Shown: positions 1 through 13,237 of the stretch, one piece after another
Position numbering within the stretch: position 1 is the stretch's first letter
Layout of the letters: every line of letters starts with the position of its first letter
Notes under the pieces: model-generated
Seen by the model: only the letters and a program-made list of their open reading frames with translations
The model's database searches: none
What the model was told of the DNA's origin: nothing
Assembly (NCBI RefSeq): GCF_006345805.1
Contig: NC_043010.1
Location: 2,976,001-3,040,000, forward strand
Direction: 5' to 3'
DNA length: 64,000 bases
Source: Octopus sinensis
Lineage: Eukaryota
Program-made: the position numbers and the translations under genes

Positions 1-38
<38 letters not shown>

Positions 39-39
39 G

Positions 40-130
<91 letters not shown>
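1..130. repeat. (ATT)n microsatellite
   Basis: Near-perfect ATT triplet array, running off the window start. Confidence 0.95.
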
Positions 131-132
<2 letters not shown>

Positions 133-139
133 AGATTTC

Positions 140-345
140 TAAGCTAGTGAACTGGCAGGGTTCTTAGCATGTTGGACAAAATGCTTAATGGCATTTCTTC
201 CAGATCTTTATGTTCTGAGTTCAAATTCCACTGAGGTCACCTTTCAGGGTTGATAAAATAAGTACCCACTGAGCATTGGAATCAATGTAATTCCCTAACA
301 CCCACTCCTAAAATTGCTGGTCATGCATCAAAGTTTGGAACCGTT
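140..345 (+). mobile_element. SINE family B, degraded copy
   Basis: Aligns by eye with the younger copies at 41290 and 42023 (ctggcag...gttagca...gttctgagttcaaattcc...gaggtc...aagtacc). Confidence 0.75.
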
Positions 346-946
346 ATTATTATTATTATTATTTTGGGGGGATGGGAGCTGGGAGGTGTTGTTGTTGTTG
401 TTCTTCCTCTGCAACTTCTTTTCCAACAACTGCCATTTTTAAACCTTCCACCATCTCTCTACCATCATCATCACAGCTACAGACACCGTCACCACCGCTC
501 ACTTACCCCTCAACTCAACTTTCCACTAAATAGGGACTTTTGCTTCTATCCTCTATTCTGTCATAGAACCACCACTAAAACCAACTCTACCACAACCATT
601 AGCTATACCTATACCATAACCACTACCAATTATAACTATGACCACCACTGATTGCTATCACTGCTCGTATCATACTGTCACATCCAACTCCTTCCATGAT
701 GGCAAACTGTATTTCATGCAGTTAAGAAGGCCCAAAATAAAGGTATGTATGTGTATTAGGTGTGTTTGTGTGCGTTCATGTATGTATGTGTATACACATA
801 TATAATATATATATATATATAAATACACACACAAATATGCATACATATATATATGTACATATACATACATGTATGTATGTATATGTACATATATATATAT
901 GTATACTTATGTGTGTATTTATATATATATATAAATACACACATAA

Positions 947-979
<33 letters not shown>

Positions 980-1819
980 CATTTGCAAAAGTGTGTGTGT
1001 GTGTGTGTGTGTGTGTATAGGTATGTGTAGGGAGGTGAGTATATGTGTGTAAAATTAATGAACCATTGATTGTCTTAGATTAAGTGTCCTGCTTTTTATT
1101 AGATTAATTTCCTTTTAGAGTTCCTTTGCTTTATGGGACAAAAAAATAGTATCAAAATGACATAACTCTGACTTTAATTAATTTATAAGGAGCTGAAAGA
1201 AAGAGAAAAGAAAAGAAAGGCAGATAGTAAGAAGGGAGGAAGAAGAAGAAGAAGAAGAAGTAGAAAGAAAAAAGACAGGAAAAAGAAGGAAGGAGGGAAA
1301 AATAAAAATAGAAAACTTTCCCAAAAAGGATTAAAAAAAACAAGAGAAAAACCTGAAGGAATGCACTCCTAAATATCGATTCCACAAGTTATGCAGTTTA
1401 TGGATTATCTTTGTCTTGGAACAGTCAAAATGCCATTGGTAATCTCCTGACAAAGCCAAGCCCACAAGACTTCAATTTGATTTCAGATTTTCCACTTGCA
1501 TCTATTTGTCTTAGATTATGAGCAGAAAATTTGGTTGTGTGGTTAAGAAGTCTGTTTTGAAATTACGTGGTTTAGGGTTCACTCCTATTGTGTGGATAAT
1601 TTAATAAGTGGGGCTTTTTTGTTTTTCCTTTTCATTTTATGTCACAGCTTCAGATTAATCTAAGATTGGGAGATTTATTATTGGAAGTGGATGGACAAAA
1701 CTGGAACTGCTTAGAAAATAAACCTATTAAATGGTTTGTAACTAATTGCATTTGGTAGATTTAATTACATCGCATCCTTGCAAGTCAATAAGAATACATT
1801 CATACACACATACATGGTG

Positions 1820-1935
1820 CAGGCGTGGCTGTATGGTTGAGAGCTTGCTTCCCAACCACATGGTTCCGGGTTCAGTCCCACTTTGTGGCACCCTGGTTAA
1901 GCATCTCCTACTATAGCCTCAGGCTAACCAAACAC
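1820..1935 (+). mobile_element. SINE family A, 5' (tRNA-like) part
   Basis: ggcgtggctgtatgg...ccacatggttccgggttcagtccc head, as in the copy at 35200. Confidence 0.85.
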
Positions 1936-1954
1936 CACACACACACACATGCAA

Positions 1955-2120
1955 AAGGCTTCCACACAATTTCAATCTGCCAAATACACTCACAAAAAAT
2001 TAGTTGGTAACCTGGGGTCGTAATAGAAGACACTCACCCAACGTTCCGTACTCTGGGACTAAAATGGAAAACACATGGTTGCAAAGTGAGCTTCTTTATC
2101 TCACAGCTATACCTGTGCCT
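1955..2120 (-). mobile_element. SINE family A, degraded 5' part in inverted orientation
   Basis: Reverse-complement match to the family A head and body (tagaagacact...gggact...acacatggttgcaaagtgagctt). Confidence 0.7.
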
Positions 2121-2133
2121 ATAATATTATATG

Positions 2134-2166
<33 letters not shown>

Positions 2167-2614
2167 ATATATATATTTATATGTATATATATATATATAT
2201 ATATAGTATATATATATATGATGTATTATATGTATTATATATATATATGTATATATAGTACATATTTATGTATGTAAGTATGTATGTATCATATAATTCA
2301 TACATACCCACACACACACTCACACACACACATACACTTACACACACACACACACATTTACTTATATATATATATATATAAAAGAACATGGCATAAATTG
2401 GTGGTAGCCCTTTATTCCAACTCTTACATATGTTTCAGTATTCAGTAACACATGATGTCATGCTATAGATGAAACCAGCAGATGCAGCTTATAAGGACCA
2501 GCGTGGAGCAAACATATTGCCAGAAACTTCTATGTTTTTAACATCAGAGCCGAAACCCATGCGGTTTAATTGTCACATGTTGAGCGCATCCAATCATAAC
2601 AATAAATGGGTGTG

Positions 2615-2719
<105 letters not shown>

Positions 2720-3120
2720 TATTTACTGTGGGCTTGTACTAATTTCTTACCAAGTTCATTTTTGCAAGTTGTCTGCTTGCCTGAACATACAATATAGCAG
2801 AAGATGGCTAACGAAATGTCAAACAGTTATGTTTGCACCTGAATGTGTGAGTGTGTGCATGACTGTAGATGCAGGTGTATATATATGTATATATATATAT
2901 ATATATATACATTCCTGTCTTCTACCAAGAAATCTAATGCTTACAGTTAGTTTTTTTTCTTGGGGCTGGCCGAGTTGGAGCAAATATCAGAATTGAACAG
3001 CCGAAATTTGCTATGATGATTCGGTGTCTGACTGAAGATTGAAGGCTTCGAATGATTTGTCTGTGTTCCGTGTTCGTCCCTTCCTGTATTTCACGTTCAT
3101 TATATATAAAAACATTCATT

Positions 3121-3151
<31 letters not shown>

Positions 3152-3162
3152 ATGTATATAGG

Positions 3163-3195
<33 letters not shown>

Positions 3196-3484
3196 TATAT
3201 GATATAGTGTATATTTATACACATAAATGTGTATAAATACGCACTATATCGTATGACTAATATATAGTCTTCTTGACTAATTTTTTTGCACGTTAGACCA
3301 CTGGAAATGTAAATTTTGATTGAATATTTTAATTTTAATTAAATTCCATTTCCCTTTGATATGATTAAACATTATATATATATATGTATATATATACATA
3401 TATACATATATACATATACACAACCACACACACACACACACATATATATATATTAGAAGAAATGAGGTATATATACATATATTA

Positions 3485-4656
3485 CAGAGATGTACTTGCA
3501 TAGCAGGTGACTTGATCTGAGATCGTGTGCTGAAACAAAAACAATTGCAGTGTGGTAGGTTAGTTAGTTAGTTAGTTAGTTAGTTAATTTGGCTCAAAAG
3601 CAAATAGCAAGGCCATGTAGGGGGACATGGAGTTAAGTACAGGGTGGTGTTCATGTAAAGAGTTCAGGCCACTTGAGGTCCAGGGAGGCTTTGAACAAAG
3701 CGGTCGTCGGCATCTTCACCATCTCGTCTGGCAGCTTGTTCCACGGATCGCAACCCGGACGGAGAAAGCTCTCTCCTTCGATTGAGATGAAATCGTCGCA
3801 GGTAGAGCTTTTTGGAATGACCCCGCAGCCGACGCTCCGGAGCAGGAGTGAAGAACAGTTCTTTCGAGAGGTTACACTTCCCGCTTATGATGTTGTGCGA
3901 GAATGAGATCACCACGGCGGCGGCGTTTTTCAAGAGAACAAAGGTCGAGCGTCCTCAGCCTTTCTTCGTAGGACAAATTTTTGAGACCATGAACATGCGT
4001 GTAGCCAGCCTCTGGACTCTTTCGAGGTGCTGTATGTCTTTGAGGAGATAAGGGGAAGAGGCTTGAATCCCATACTCCAATATGGGTCTCACCAGCGTGA
4101 CATAGAGTGGCAGGAATATGGCTGCTGTGAGCATTCCGAATGACCGTCGAATCAAAAACAGAATTCCGCGCGCTTTGTTGGCAGCATGGACGCACTGGGC
4201 CGAAGGCGAAAAGGAGGAATCCACCAAGATACCCAGGTCCTTTACCTGATCGGTCCTCTCCAGCAGCAGACAACCCGGCTCAAAATCAAGTTGAGTTGCA
4301 GGAGTAGAGCTGACAGGCAGATGACAGCACTTTGACATGTTCAGACACAGGTCCCAATCGTTAGACCACTTCCAAATTTGGTGGAGGCAAATTTGGTGTT
4401 TATAAGCCATTTAAAAACACACAAAAATCCATGAGATTCACTTCAACAATTAAATTTAATTTGTCAAAATATTTTCATCACTTTGAAACCATGACCTGTT
4501 CACGGCTGAGATGCAGCATGCAATTTTGTCTGTGAACAGGTCGCGGTTTCAAAGTGACAAAAATTTTTTGGTAAATTAAATTTAAATGTTGAAGTGGGTC
4601 AGACAGTTTTTGTATGGTTTTAAATGGCTTATAAACACCTTCCACACTGCAATTGT
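3485..4656. mobile_element. Palindromic MITE-like element, copy 1, with its left arm split by a CR1 insertion
   Basis: 3485-3560 and 4393-4656 are collinear with the uninterrupted copy at 53727-54015. The arms ggtgtttataagccatttaaaa...tgacctgttcac and gtgaacaggtc...ttttaaatggcttataaacacc are inverted repeats. TA precedes the start. Confidence 0.85.
3560..4392 (-). mobile_element. 5'-truncated CR1-clade LINE (RT C-terminus, 3'UTR, (CTAA)n tail)
   Basis: KDLGILVD...LYVTLVRPILEYG...SPYL.KDIQHLERVQRLATRM, then a frameshift to GLKNLSYEERL..LDLCSLEKRRRRGDLI and RGHSKKL. The (ttag)n tail is at about 3559-3586. Confidence 0.93.
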
Positions 4657-4658
4657 AT

Positions 4659-4689
<31 letters not shown>

Positions 4690-4777
4690 CACACACATAT
4701 ATGTATGTATGTGTGTGTGTATGAAGATATATATATACATAGATATGTACACACACAGACACACACACACACAGATG

Positions 4778-4814
<37 letters not shown>

Positions 4815-5136
4815 ATGTGTGTGTGTAGGTGTGTGTGTAACCCATCAAAGAGTCCATAATTCAGGAAAAAATCCACTCTTATAACTGGCAGTTGGGTGCG
4901 TATATTAATCAAAGTATACAGTATTATAAATCCATTACAGCCGATCTTACCAATTGGTTTCGTACTAGTGGTTCAACAGAGTGTTAGGTAACAGCCTGAC
5001 TATGTAACCCTGTTCTCTTCAGAGGTAGCCATTATAGATTGAAATGGCAACTGTTCTCTGATATATATATATATCATTATATCATCATCATCATCATCAT
5101 TGTTTAACGTCTGCCTTCCATGCTGGCATGGGTATA

Positions 5137-5804
5137 TCATCATCATCATCATCATCATCGTTTAACGTCCGTTCTCCATGCTAGCATGGGTTGGACGGTT
5201 CGACCGGGGATCTAGGAAGCCAGAAGGCTGCACCAGGCTCCAGTCTTATCTGGCAAGGTTTCTACAGCTGGATGCCCTTCCTAATGCCAACCACTCCGTG
5301 AGTGTAGTGGGTGCTTTTTACGTGCCACCTGCACAGGTGCCAGGCAAGGCTGGCAACGGCCACGGTCGGATTGGTGTATTTTATGTGCCACCGGCACGGA
5401 AGCCAGTCGAGGCAGCGCTGGCATCGGCCACGAGTCGGATAGTGCTTTTTACGTACCACCAGACCAGAGATCCTGGCTGGTTCAATTCGATTTTGATTTC
5501 GATTTCGCTTGCCCCAACATGTCTTCGCAAGCAAAGGGGGTTGGCATGGGTGCCTGTCGTCGGATGAGGTTCGATATCGACTTCGCTTGCCTCAACAGGT
5601 CTTTGTGTCCAAGGGAGGAAAGGCATGCATAAGTGGGCTGGGCTCACTTGTCCTGCCTGGTCTTCTCACGTACAGCATATTTCCAAAAGTCTTGGTCACT
5701 GGTCATTTCCTCAGTGAGGCCTAAAGTTCGAAGGTCGTGCTTCACCACCTCGTCCCAGGTTTTCCTGGGTCTACCTCTTCCACGGGTTCCCTCAACTGCT
5801 AGGT
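5137..5804 (-). mobile_element. 5'-truncated RTE-clade LINE (ORF end plus 3'UTR with internal tandem repeats)
   Basis: The minus strand reads LAVEGTRGRGRPRKTWDEVVKHDLRTLGLTEEMTSDQDFWKYAVREK*. The 3'UTR ends catggagaacggacgttaaacgatgatgat. Confidence 0.85.
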
Positions 5805-5876
5805 ATATGTTGATGTTGAGTAGTTAGCTGATCGGCTTAAGCGGGGCAGGGTCGTTGTTTATTTATAATACATTCA

Positions 5877-5922
5877 GGCCTGCTGATGAGTACGTAAGTA
5901 TGAAATCACTGTGATACAGGTC
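5877..5922 (+). ncRNA. Type-I hammerhead ribozyme motif (Penelope-type)
   Basis: GGCCUG / CUGAUGA / GUAC-GUAA-GUAU / GAAA / UCAC-U-GUGA / UA / CAGGUC. All core bases and three stems are present. Confidence 0.85.
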
Positions 5923-6078
5923 TATATTTTTTTTTTTTTTTTTTTTTTTTTAAATGTCTTACTTTGAAAAATTGCATTCGGTGGGATTAGTAATATTTTT
6001 GGTAGAAATGACTAATTGTCCCTCTTAGCGTTTGGCATGTATGTATAATGCCTTCTGGCATGTATGTATAATGCCCTC

Positions 6079-6113
<35 letters not shown>

Positions 6114-6114
<1 letters not shown>

Positions 6115-6523
6115 CACTCTTTACTCTTTACTCTTTTACTTGTTTCAGTCATTTGACTGCGGCCATGCTGGAGCACCGCCTTTAATCGAGCAACTCGACC
6201 CCAGGACTTATTCTTTTGTAAGCCCAGTACTTATTCTATTGGTCTCTTTTGCAGAACCGCTAAGTAACGGTGACATAAACACACCAGCATCGGTTGTCAA
6301 GCAATGCTAGGGGGACAAACACAGACACACAAACACACACATGCATATATATATATATATACGACAGGCTTCTTTCAGTTTCCGTCTACCAAATCCACTC
6401 ACGAGGCTTTGGTCGGCCCGAGGCTATAGTAGAAGACACTTGCCCAAGGTGCCAATCAGTGGGACTGAACCCGGAACCATGTGGTCGGTAAACAAGCTAC
6501 TTACCACACAGCCACTCCTGCGC
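6114..6523 (-). mobile_element. SINE family A, near full length
   Basis: Head, internal (TA/CA) spacer, body and (ctcttta)n tail are all recognisable. Confidence 0.92.
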
Positions 6524-7089
6524 CTATATATATATATATTCTATAATATATATATATATAGATATAATATATATAATATTGTTTATGTATGTACACACAC
6601 ACACACACACACACATGTATATATATATATATATATAATATATATACATACATACATACCCACACATACAAACCCATGTGCATGTGTACATTTGTTCGCA
6701 TAAGCACATGCACACATAGTTAATACTAGCTACCATACTTGAGGCAGTGAGCCAAAAATAATTATTAATTAATTGAAATTATAAACCTAATGTAAAGAAA
6801 CTCATTAATTTGTGTCACTAATAACTATTCTCAGAAGGGGCAAAGGAAGAAACTTCTAGAATTTCAACCACTCAGAAATTAAATTGATCTACAAATGTGA
6901 AGGAAGTAAGTATGATCTTTGAAAGCCATGGTGGTAACTGTAGACATATTTCAGTCTTATTAAGTCTTGTTAGTGGAACATTGTGTACTAAGAAGAATAC
7001 CAGATCAGCTATTAGAAATCTTTCTTAACCTCAGTATACTCTTTAAAAGGGTCTGCTGTTAGGCAGGGTATCCAGTTATAGAAATATAC

Positions 7090-7232
7090 GAAAAATGAAA
7101 CATTGGAGAAAGATAAGAAGGCTGAGAGTGTCTTGGCATCATTCACCAAGTCCTTTGTGAGCTGCTCTCCGGCTATCTATCTGTGGCTTTATATAGCTAT
7201 GGTAAGACCTCACCTGGAATTTGCATCACCAC
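7090..7232 (+). mobile_element. Old CR1 RT fragment
   Basis: LASFTKSF....YLWLYIAMVRPHLEFASP resembles the CR1 LY..LVRPHLEYA motif. Confidence 0.65.
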
Positions 7233-7390
7233 TCATGGAGTGGTTGGCGTTAGGAAGAGCATCCAGCTGTAGAAACACTGTCAGATCAGACTGGAGCCTG
7301 GCGCAGCCTCCTGGCTTCCTAGACCCATGTCGAACGTCCAACTCATGCTAGCATGGAAAACGGACATTGAACGATGATGATGATGATATA
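7233..7390 (+). mobile_element. RTE 3'-tail copy
   Basis: ggagtggttggcgttaggaagagcatccagctgtagaaac...catgctagcatggaaaacggacattgaacgatgatga. Confidence 0.85.
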
Positions 7391-7392
7391 TG

Positions 7393-7451
<59 letters not shown>

Positions 7452-8283
7452 CATCATCATCATATATATATATAAATTTTGTTACAGTGTTATGAATTAA
7501 CTTAGAGCACACCGATACAAGCCAGCATGTAAAGTGGTGATGATGGTGATGATGATGATGATGATGATGTAGATGATGAAGAAATGACAATGGTAATGAT
7601 GATGATAATGATGAGGAGACAGAGATGGGGGATAATGCCTGTTTGACAGAACAAATAGACTGATGGCGTATTTATGTAATCTGCTCAAGTACAAAATTGG
7701 ACTTTCTGACATTTTGACCACACCTGTAGTTATATTGTATTAACTGAGAGTGGAAAACAGAGGGGAACTGAACAGTTAAAAGGGTGGGAAAGAAGAAGTG
7801 GAGCATTAAGCAGGAAACAGTTAATTTGTTATTAAGCAACAGAACTGGATATTAGAGAATATAAACAACTGATTGTCTTCAAACCCAACCCTTGTGTTTA
7901 ACAGATATCCACACAAACATTGCTTACAAACATTCACATATATATGCAAACACACTTATATTGCATTGTTCCATAATGAAGAACTTCAAGTAAATCTCAG
8001 TCACACACATACACACACATATATACGTGCATATATACATAAGCAGGTATACATGCGTAATGTATCATACACACAAACACACATTTACAACTAAGTGCAC
8101 ACATAGACGCATACACACAAAATGTACCAACAAATACAAATGCAATTACACTTAGGCATATATATCACATGGACAAAAATCATGTGTACTTATATACACA
8201 CATGTGTATGTATGTGTGTGTGTGTGTGTGCACATATATATATATATACATATATACACATACATACATATATAAATATATAT

Positions 8284-8368
<85 letters not shown>

Positions 8369-9184
8369 CATATATATATATATACACACACAGGTGCACA
8401 CAAACACACACACACATGTATACATACACTCATATACATGTGTGCATGTGTGTGTGTGTGAATGCAGATGTATATATATATCTATATATGTATACATGTC
8501 TGCATGCATGTGTACATGTGTGTATACATGTGTGTATACATATATGCAAGCACAAACGAGATATAGAAATTCTTTGTTAAAGATGGAAAGATTCAATTTA
8601 AGGCTTCCAAATTTTCAAGAATTCCATTGTTTTTTTTTTTCTTCCTCCTCATGTGTACATGTGTTCATGTGTGTGTGTGTGTGTGTATATAAGCATGCGT
8701 GTGCATAAAAAATGCAGCATATAAAACAAAATAAACATAGGAAAAAAAAAGACTGAAGCATTTCTGCTGTGAGTTGAATTTGCACGTCTTTTTTATCAGT
8801 TGAAAAATTAGATTTTTAAGTTAATCTAAGTGAAAATAATTGAATTGGGGCCAATGTGAAATTAAATTATTCGATGTATATATATGGCTTGTAAAGTTAC
8901 TTGTGTTTATCAGGTTAATCCATGTATTATCAACTATATTTATGTGATTATAAACTATGGAAACACATATGAATTATATACACTAGCATACACATATACA
9001 TACACATGTGCATACACACATATATATAGACATACATGCATGCATACAGACGTACATGCACACACACACATGTATGTACACACATGCATATATTCATACA
9101 ACAATTATACAAGGGTACATGTACTAGTATTGCACACATGCTCATATACATAAATAAATCTATATATACATACACACACACACA

Positions 9185-9232
<48 letters not shown>

Positions 9233-9760
9233 TATTAATATATATATATATATATATCACACACATGTACTATATATCATACAACATATGCCTACGTACA
9301 TCGATATACAATACACAGAAACATACAATACATAAATATATAACTATGTACTGTATACATGTATGCATGTATGTATACACACATGTATGCATAAACAGAG
9401 AGTTAGAGGGTGTAGTAAACATTTAAAGTTTTCATTAATTAGGCTCTTGTAAGGTAAGCTATAACGGTTATTTAAAATTCTCACTGCCCTATGTGCACAA
9501 GTACACACACACACACTCATACATATATATACATATATATATGCATGTATATAGGTATATACTTATGGACACAAAAGCAAATAAATGCATAATTTTGTTC
9601 TTTTAACTTTATGGGAGTAGACACACACATGTGCATATGAGAATATATTAATGTCTGCATATATACATGAACATATATATATATATATATATATAATAGA
9701 TGTAATATACACACACATGTATTTGTATATATTTATATATACATACTATATATATATATT

Positions 9761-9792
<32 letters not shown>

Positions 9793-9982
9793 TATAACAT
9801 ATATATGTATATGCATATATATCCATGTATATAATATAATATATATATATATACACACATTACAAACTGATTGTATCTGTCAGTCCTCTGATGATTGCTT
9901 TACACAAGGTAAATATGAAACTTTTAGCTATTATGGACTTTATTACGGGATGTGTGTTATATATATATATATATATATATAC

Positions 9983-10095
9983 CATCATCGTCATTTAACA
10001 TCCATTGACCAGGGTTGGCATGGCTGCATCAGACTCCAGTCTGATTTGGCATGGTTTCTTCGGCATGATGCCTTTCCTAATGCCAACCACTGTGA
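9983..10095 (-). mobile_element. RTE 3'-tail copy, degraded
   Basis: catcatcgtcatttaacatcc...gatgcctttcctaatgccaacc, next to a (TA)n tract. Confidence 0.7.
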
Positions 10096-10281
10096 GAGTG
10101 CAGGGGGTACTTTTAGGTGCCATCAGCATGAGTGTCATTTGCATAACACCAGTATCTGCCACAGCTGAAAATTTGCTCTACTTTGTGGGTCTCCTGAAGC
10201 ATGACATAATGCCAAAGGTCTCAGCCATTGCCTCCGAGTGGCTCAACACTCGAAAGGAACTCAGACAAACAGACAGTTAGT

Positions 10282-10396
<115 letters not shown>

Positions 10397-11050
10397 CAGA
10401 CAGAGAGACAGATAGATAGATAGATACATAGATATAAAGTAATACATTTGTAGTTAAGGTAAAGAAGTTGATGACTATTAATATTGCAGAGAGTATTGAG
10501 ATTTCAGAGTAAAGCAGAACAATGTTACGTACTTACCAGCCAACATGTTTCTCATCTCTAAGAGCAAAGAACTTATCCTAGAACTGCACCAAGAGACTGT
10601 GTTGTCTAATATTACTAAGAGGTGTACACAGGAATATCTTCTCATTTCTTATTCCTTTGAGTATAAGATTAAAATGAAGTTGTGAAGTACATCCATTCCT
10701 GTGTATATTAGCATAGCAGTATATAATTCTTTTGCTGTTTTGCATCAGTTTATCCATATTTGTAAGACTGGGTGTACGTTTGGTTTATTTATTGGAGCAA
10801 TTGTTTTTACAGCTGGATGCCCTTCCTATCGCTAATCACTGAACCGTGAAATAGAGTCGAGTCTGTTTATGCAGATGTAAATTTAAAATGTCTTCAACTG
10901 GGAATTCTAGCGAAGTCACGAATTTGGATCTCCAGCAGTTTGCTCTCATAATTATGTGTGTAACGTGTAAGTGTGTGTAATGTGCGTAATTTTGCAAGTG
11001 AGTGTATTTGTGAATGCGTGTGTGTGAGTGTCTATATGCATATTCATACA

Positions 11051-11314
11051 CACACATGTATATTTATGTCAGTCTCATACATATATATGTGTGTATATTT
11101 ATATTTGCATACATACACTCATGTACATACACAACACACACACATGTATATAGTTAAGTTAACTATATATATATATATATAATATATAATAACATATATA
11201 TACATCATACACACACATGTATATTTATGTCAGTCTCATACATTATATGTGTGTATATTTATATTTGCATACATACACTCATGTACACACACACACATAT
11301 ATAGTTAAGTTAAC

Positions 11315-11325
<11 letters not shown>
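11051..11325. repeat. About 160-bp tandem duplication of low-complexity sequence
   Basis: tgtatatttatgtcagtctcatac...tagttaagttaactata occurs at about 11057 and about 11218. Confidence 0.85.
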
Positions 11326-11348
<23 letters not shown>

Positions 11349-11803
11349 TATACATATACATATATACACACACATACATATATTCATATACATATATACC
11401 TATGTATATGTATATGTGTACATATATATATATATGTATCTCTCTCTCTTTCTCTCTGTGTAGATAAATACACACACACACATATATACACACATATAAT
11501 TTATGCATACATATTTATAATTGTGTGTATGGATATAGATACATAATATCTACACATCTATATATTTGTATATGAATACACGTGAAGAAATATATATATA
11601 TGCATATAAAAATATAATCTATGAAGCTGTGAAATACTGGGATAGAGAGGGGGGAGGGAGGGAGGGGGGAGGGGGTGGGGTGGGAGAGAGAGCCAGAGAC
11701 ACACAGACAAATATCAACCAAGGAAGAGGAAGAAATAAGATTCAAATATACATATACATGTATATGCCTGTTTGTGTGTGTGTATGTGTCTGTATTTATT
11801 TAT

Positions 11804-11852
<49 letters not shown>

Positions 11853-12197
11853 TGTGTATGTATTTATTCATATGTTCGTGTGTGTGTGTGTGTGTGTATT
11901 CATATATATATGTATTTGAAATCTTTTATATATACAAATACAAATATATATTAATGGTTGGTTTGAATTGTACCAAAACTCAAATCTCAATTAAAATCAC
12001 GTATACAGTACATTACGTACACACACACATCATTATGTAGATGAATGCACACACACACACAGACACACACACACACACATGTAAGTTTACCTATATAGGG
12101 GCATACACACAGCAATAGATATGTACTTACATATGCACATACACAAAGACATAAATATATCTATCTATCTATCTATCTCTCCTTATATGTATGTATG

Positions 12198-12235
<38 letters not shown>

Positions 12236-12734
12236 ACACTGACATAAATGCACAAGAAAGTCTATGATTGTTTATTATTAATTGCACACATGTGTGAATA
12301 TGGTGTCAGAGTTCTGTTATGGTTGATTGAGTGTTCCATTTGTCTCTGGCAGCAGCATGTATGTGTGAATGCGTGTGTTTGCATGTGCGTGTGCGTGAGT
12401 GTGTGTGTGTGTGCATGGTATTGGTACAAGTGTCAATAAACTAAATATCAGCAATGCAATGGTTTAAGTGGTTGAATTGATCAAAGCTAGGAGTGATTGC
12501 CACTCCTAGCTTTTAGTAGATGTCAATATAAATGCAAACTTATCACTTTTATTTGTTCTCATCTATGTTTGCATGTGTATATGCATGTATGCATGTATGC
12601 ACCTATATATGCTTTATTATGAGAGTCTATGTATATGTATGCATAATATATATGTATATATACTCATGCACACACACACATATATATTTGTATGTATGTA
12701 TATATATTTATAAATATACATATATATATATAGA

Positions 12735-12765
<31 letters not shown>

Positions 12766-12773
12766 GTATATGC

Positions 12774-12804
<31 letters not shown>

Positions 12805-12917
12805 TGTATGAATGTATGTAGGTTCATTTTATGTGTATCTTACATATATTACATTTAGGTAGATAGATTATATGAATACACATGTACACAAAGAGATAAC
12901 TCTGAAGATGGATGCAT

Positions 12918-12968
<51 letters not shown>

Positions 12969-13104
12969 ACACACATACTATACAAGTGCTTTTGTATATG
13001 TATATATATACTTACATTATACGTAAATATACATACCTGTATGTATGTACATATTACGTACATACACACACATATATATATAAATGTATATATATACATA
13101 TATG

Positions 13105-13237
13105 TATAGTTTGGAACAATCAGTAACTTGTCATAATAGGACTCAGAGTTTCAAATGCTGGAGCTAAGAGCTATGATGCATTCTCATCAGCTCTGGCATT
13201 TGAAACACTGCGTATTTACTGATTGTCATAAACTATA
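13105..13237. repeat. 133-bp foldback (imperfect inverted repeat)
   Basis: Outer arms tatagtttggaacaatcagtaa / ttactgattgtcataaactata pair at 19 of 22 positions. The inner stem is cagagtttcaaatgctggagct / agctctggcatttgaaacactg. Confidence 0.85.
13136..13194 (-). ncRNA. Hammerhead-like motif inside the foldback
   Basis: Minus strand: AGAG / CUGAUGA / GAAUGC...GCAUUU / GAAA / CUC-U-GAG / UC / CUAU. Stem I is weak (3 of 4 pairs). Confidence 0.6.

Noticed and set aside
2469-2610. N-terminus of the 175-aa ORF (MKPADAAYKDQRGANILPETSMF) as a real exon
   Set aside because: There is no convincing donor, the ORF runs into a (TG)n array, and I recognise no homology.
3020-3065. ATGATGA...CTGA resembling a C/D-box snoRNA
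   Set aside because: The spacing is too short, there is no terminal box D or closing stem, and no guide could be identified.
5320-5460. Regularly spaced repeats of about 65 bp with CRISPR-like periodicity (also 20060-20272)
   Set aside because: They are degenerate tandem units inside an RTE 3'UTR, with no unique spacers and no cas genes, in eukaryotic DNA.
9887-9932. CUGAUGA...GAAA hammerhead-like spacing (similar case at 26560-26605, minus strand)
   Set aside because: Stem II is not contiguous with GAAA or cannot pair, and stem I is absent.
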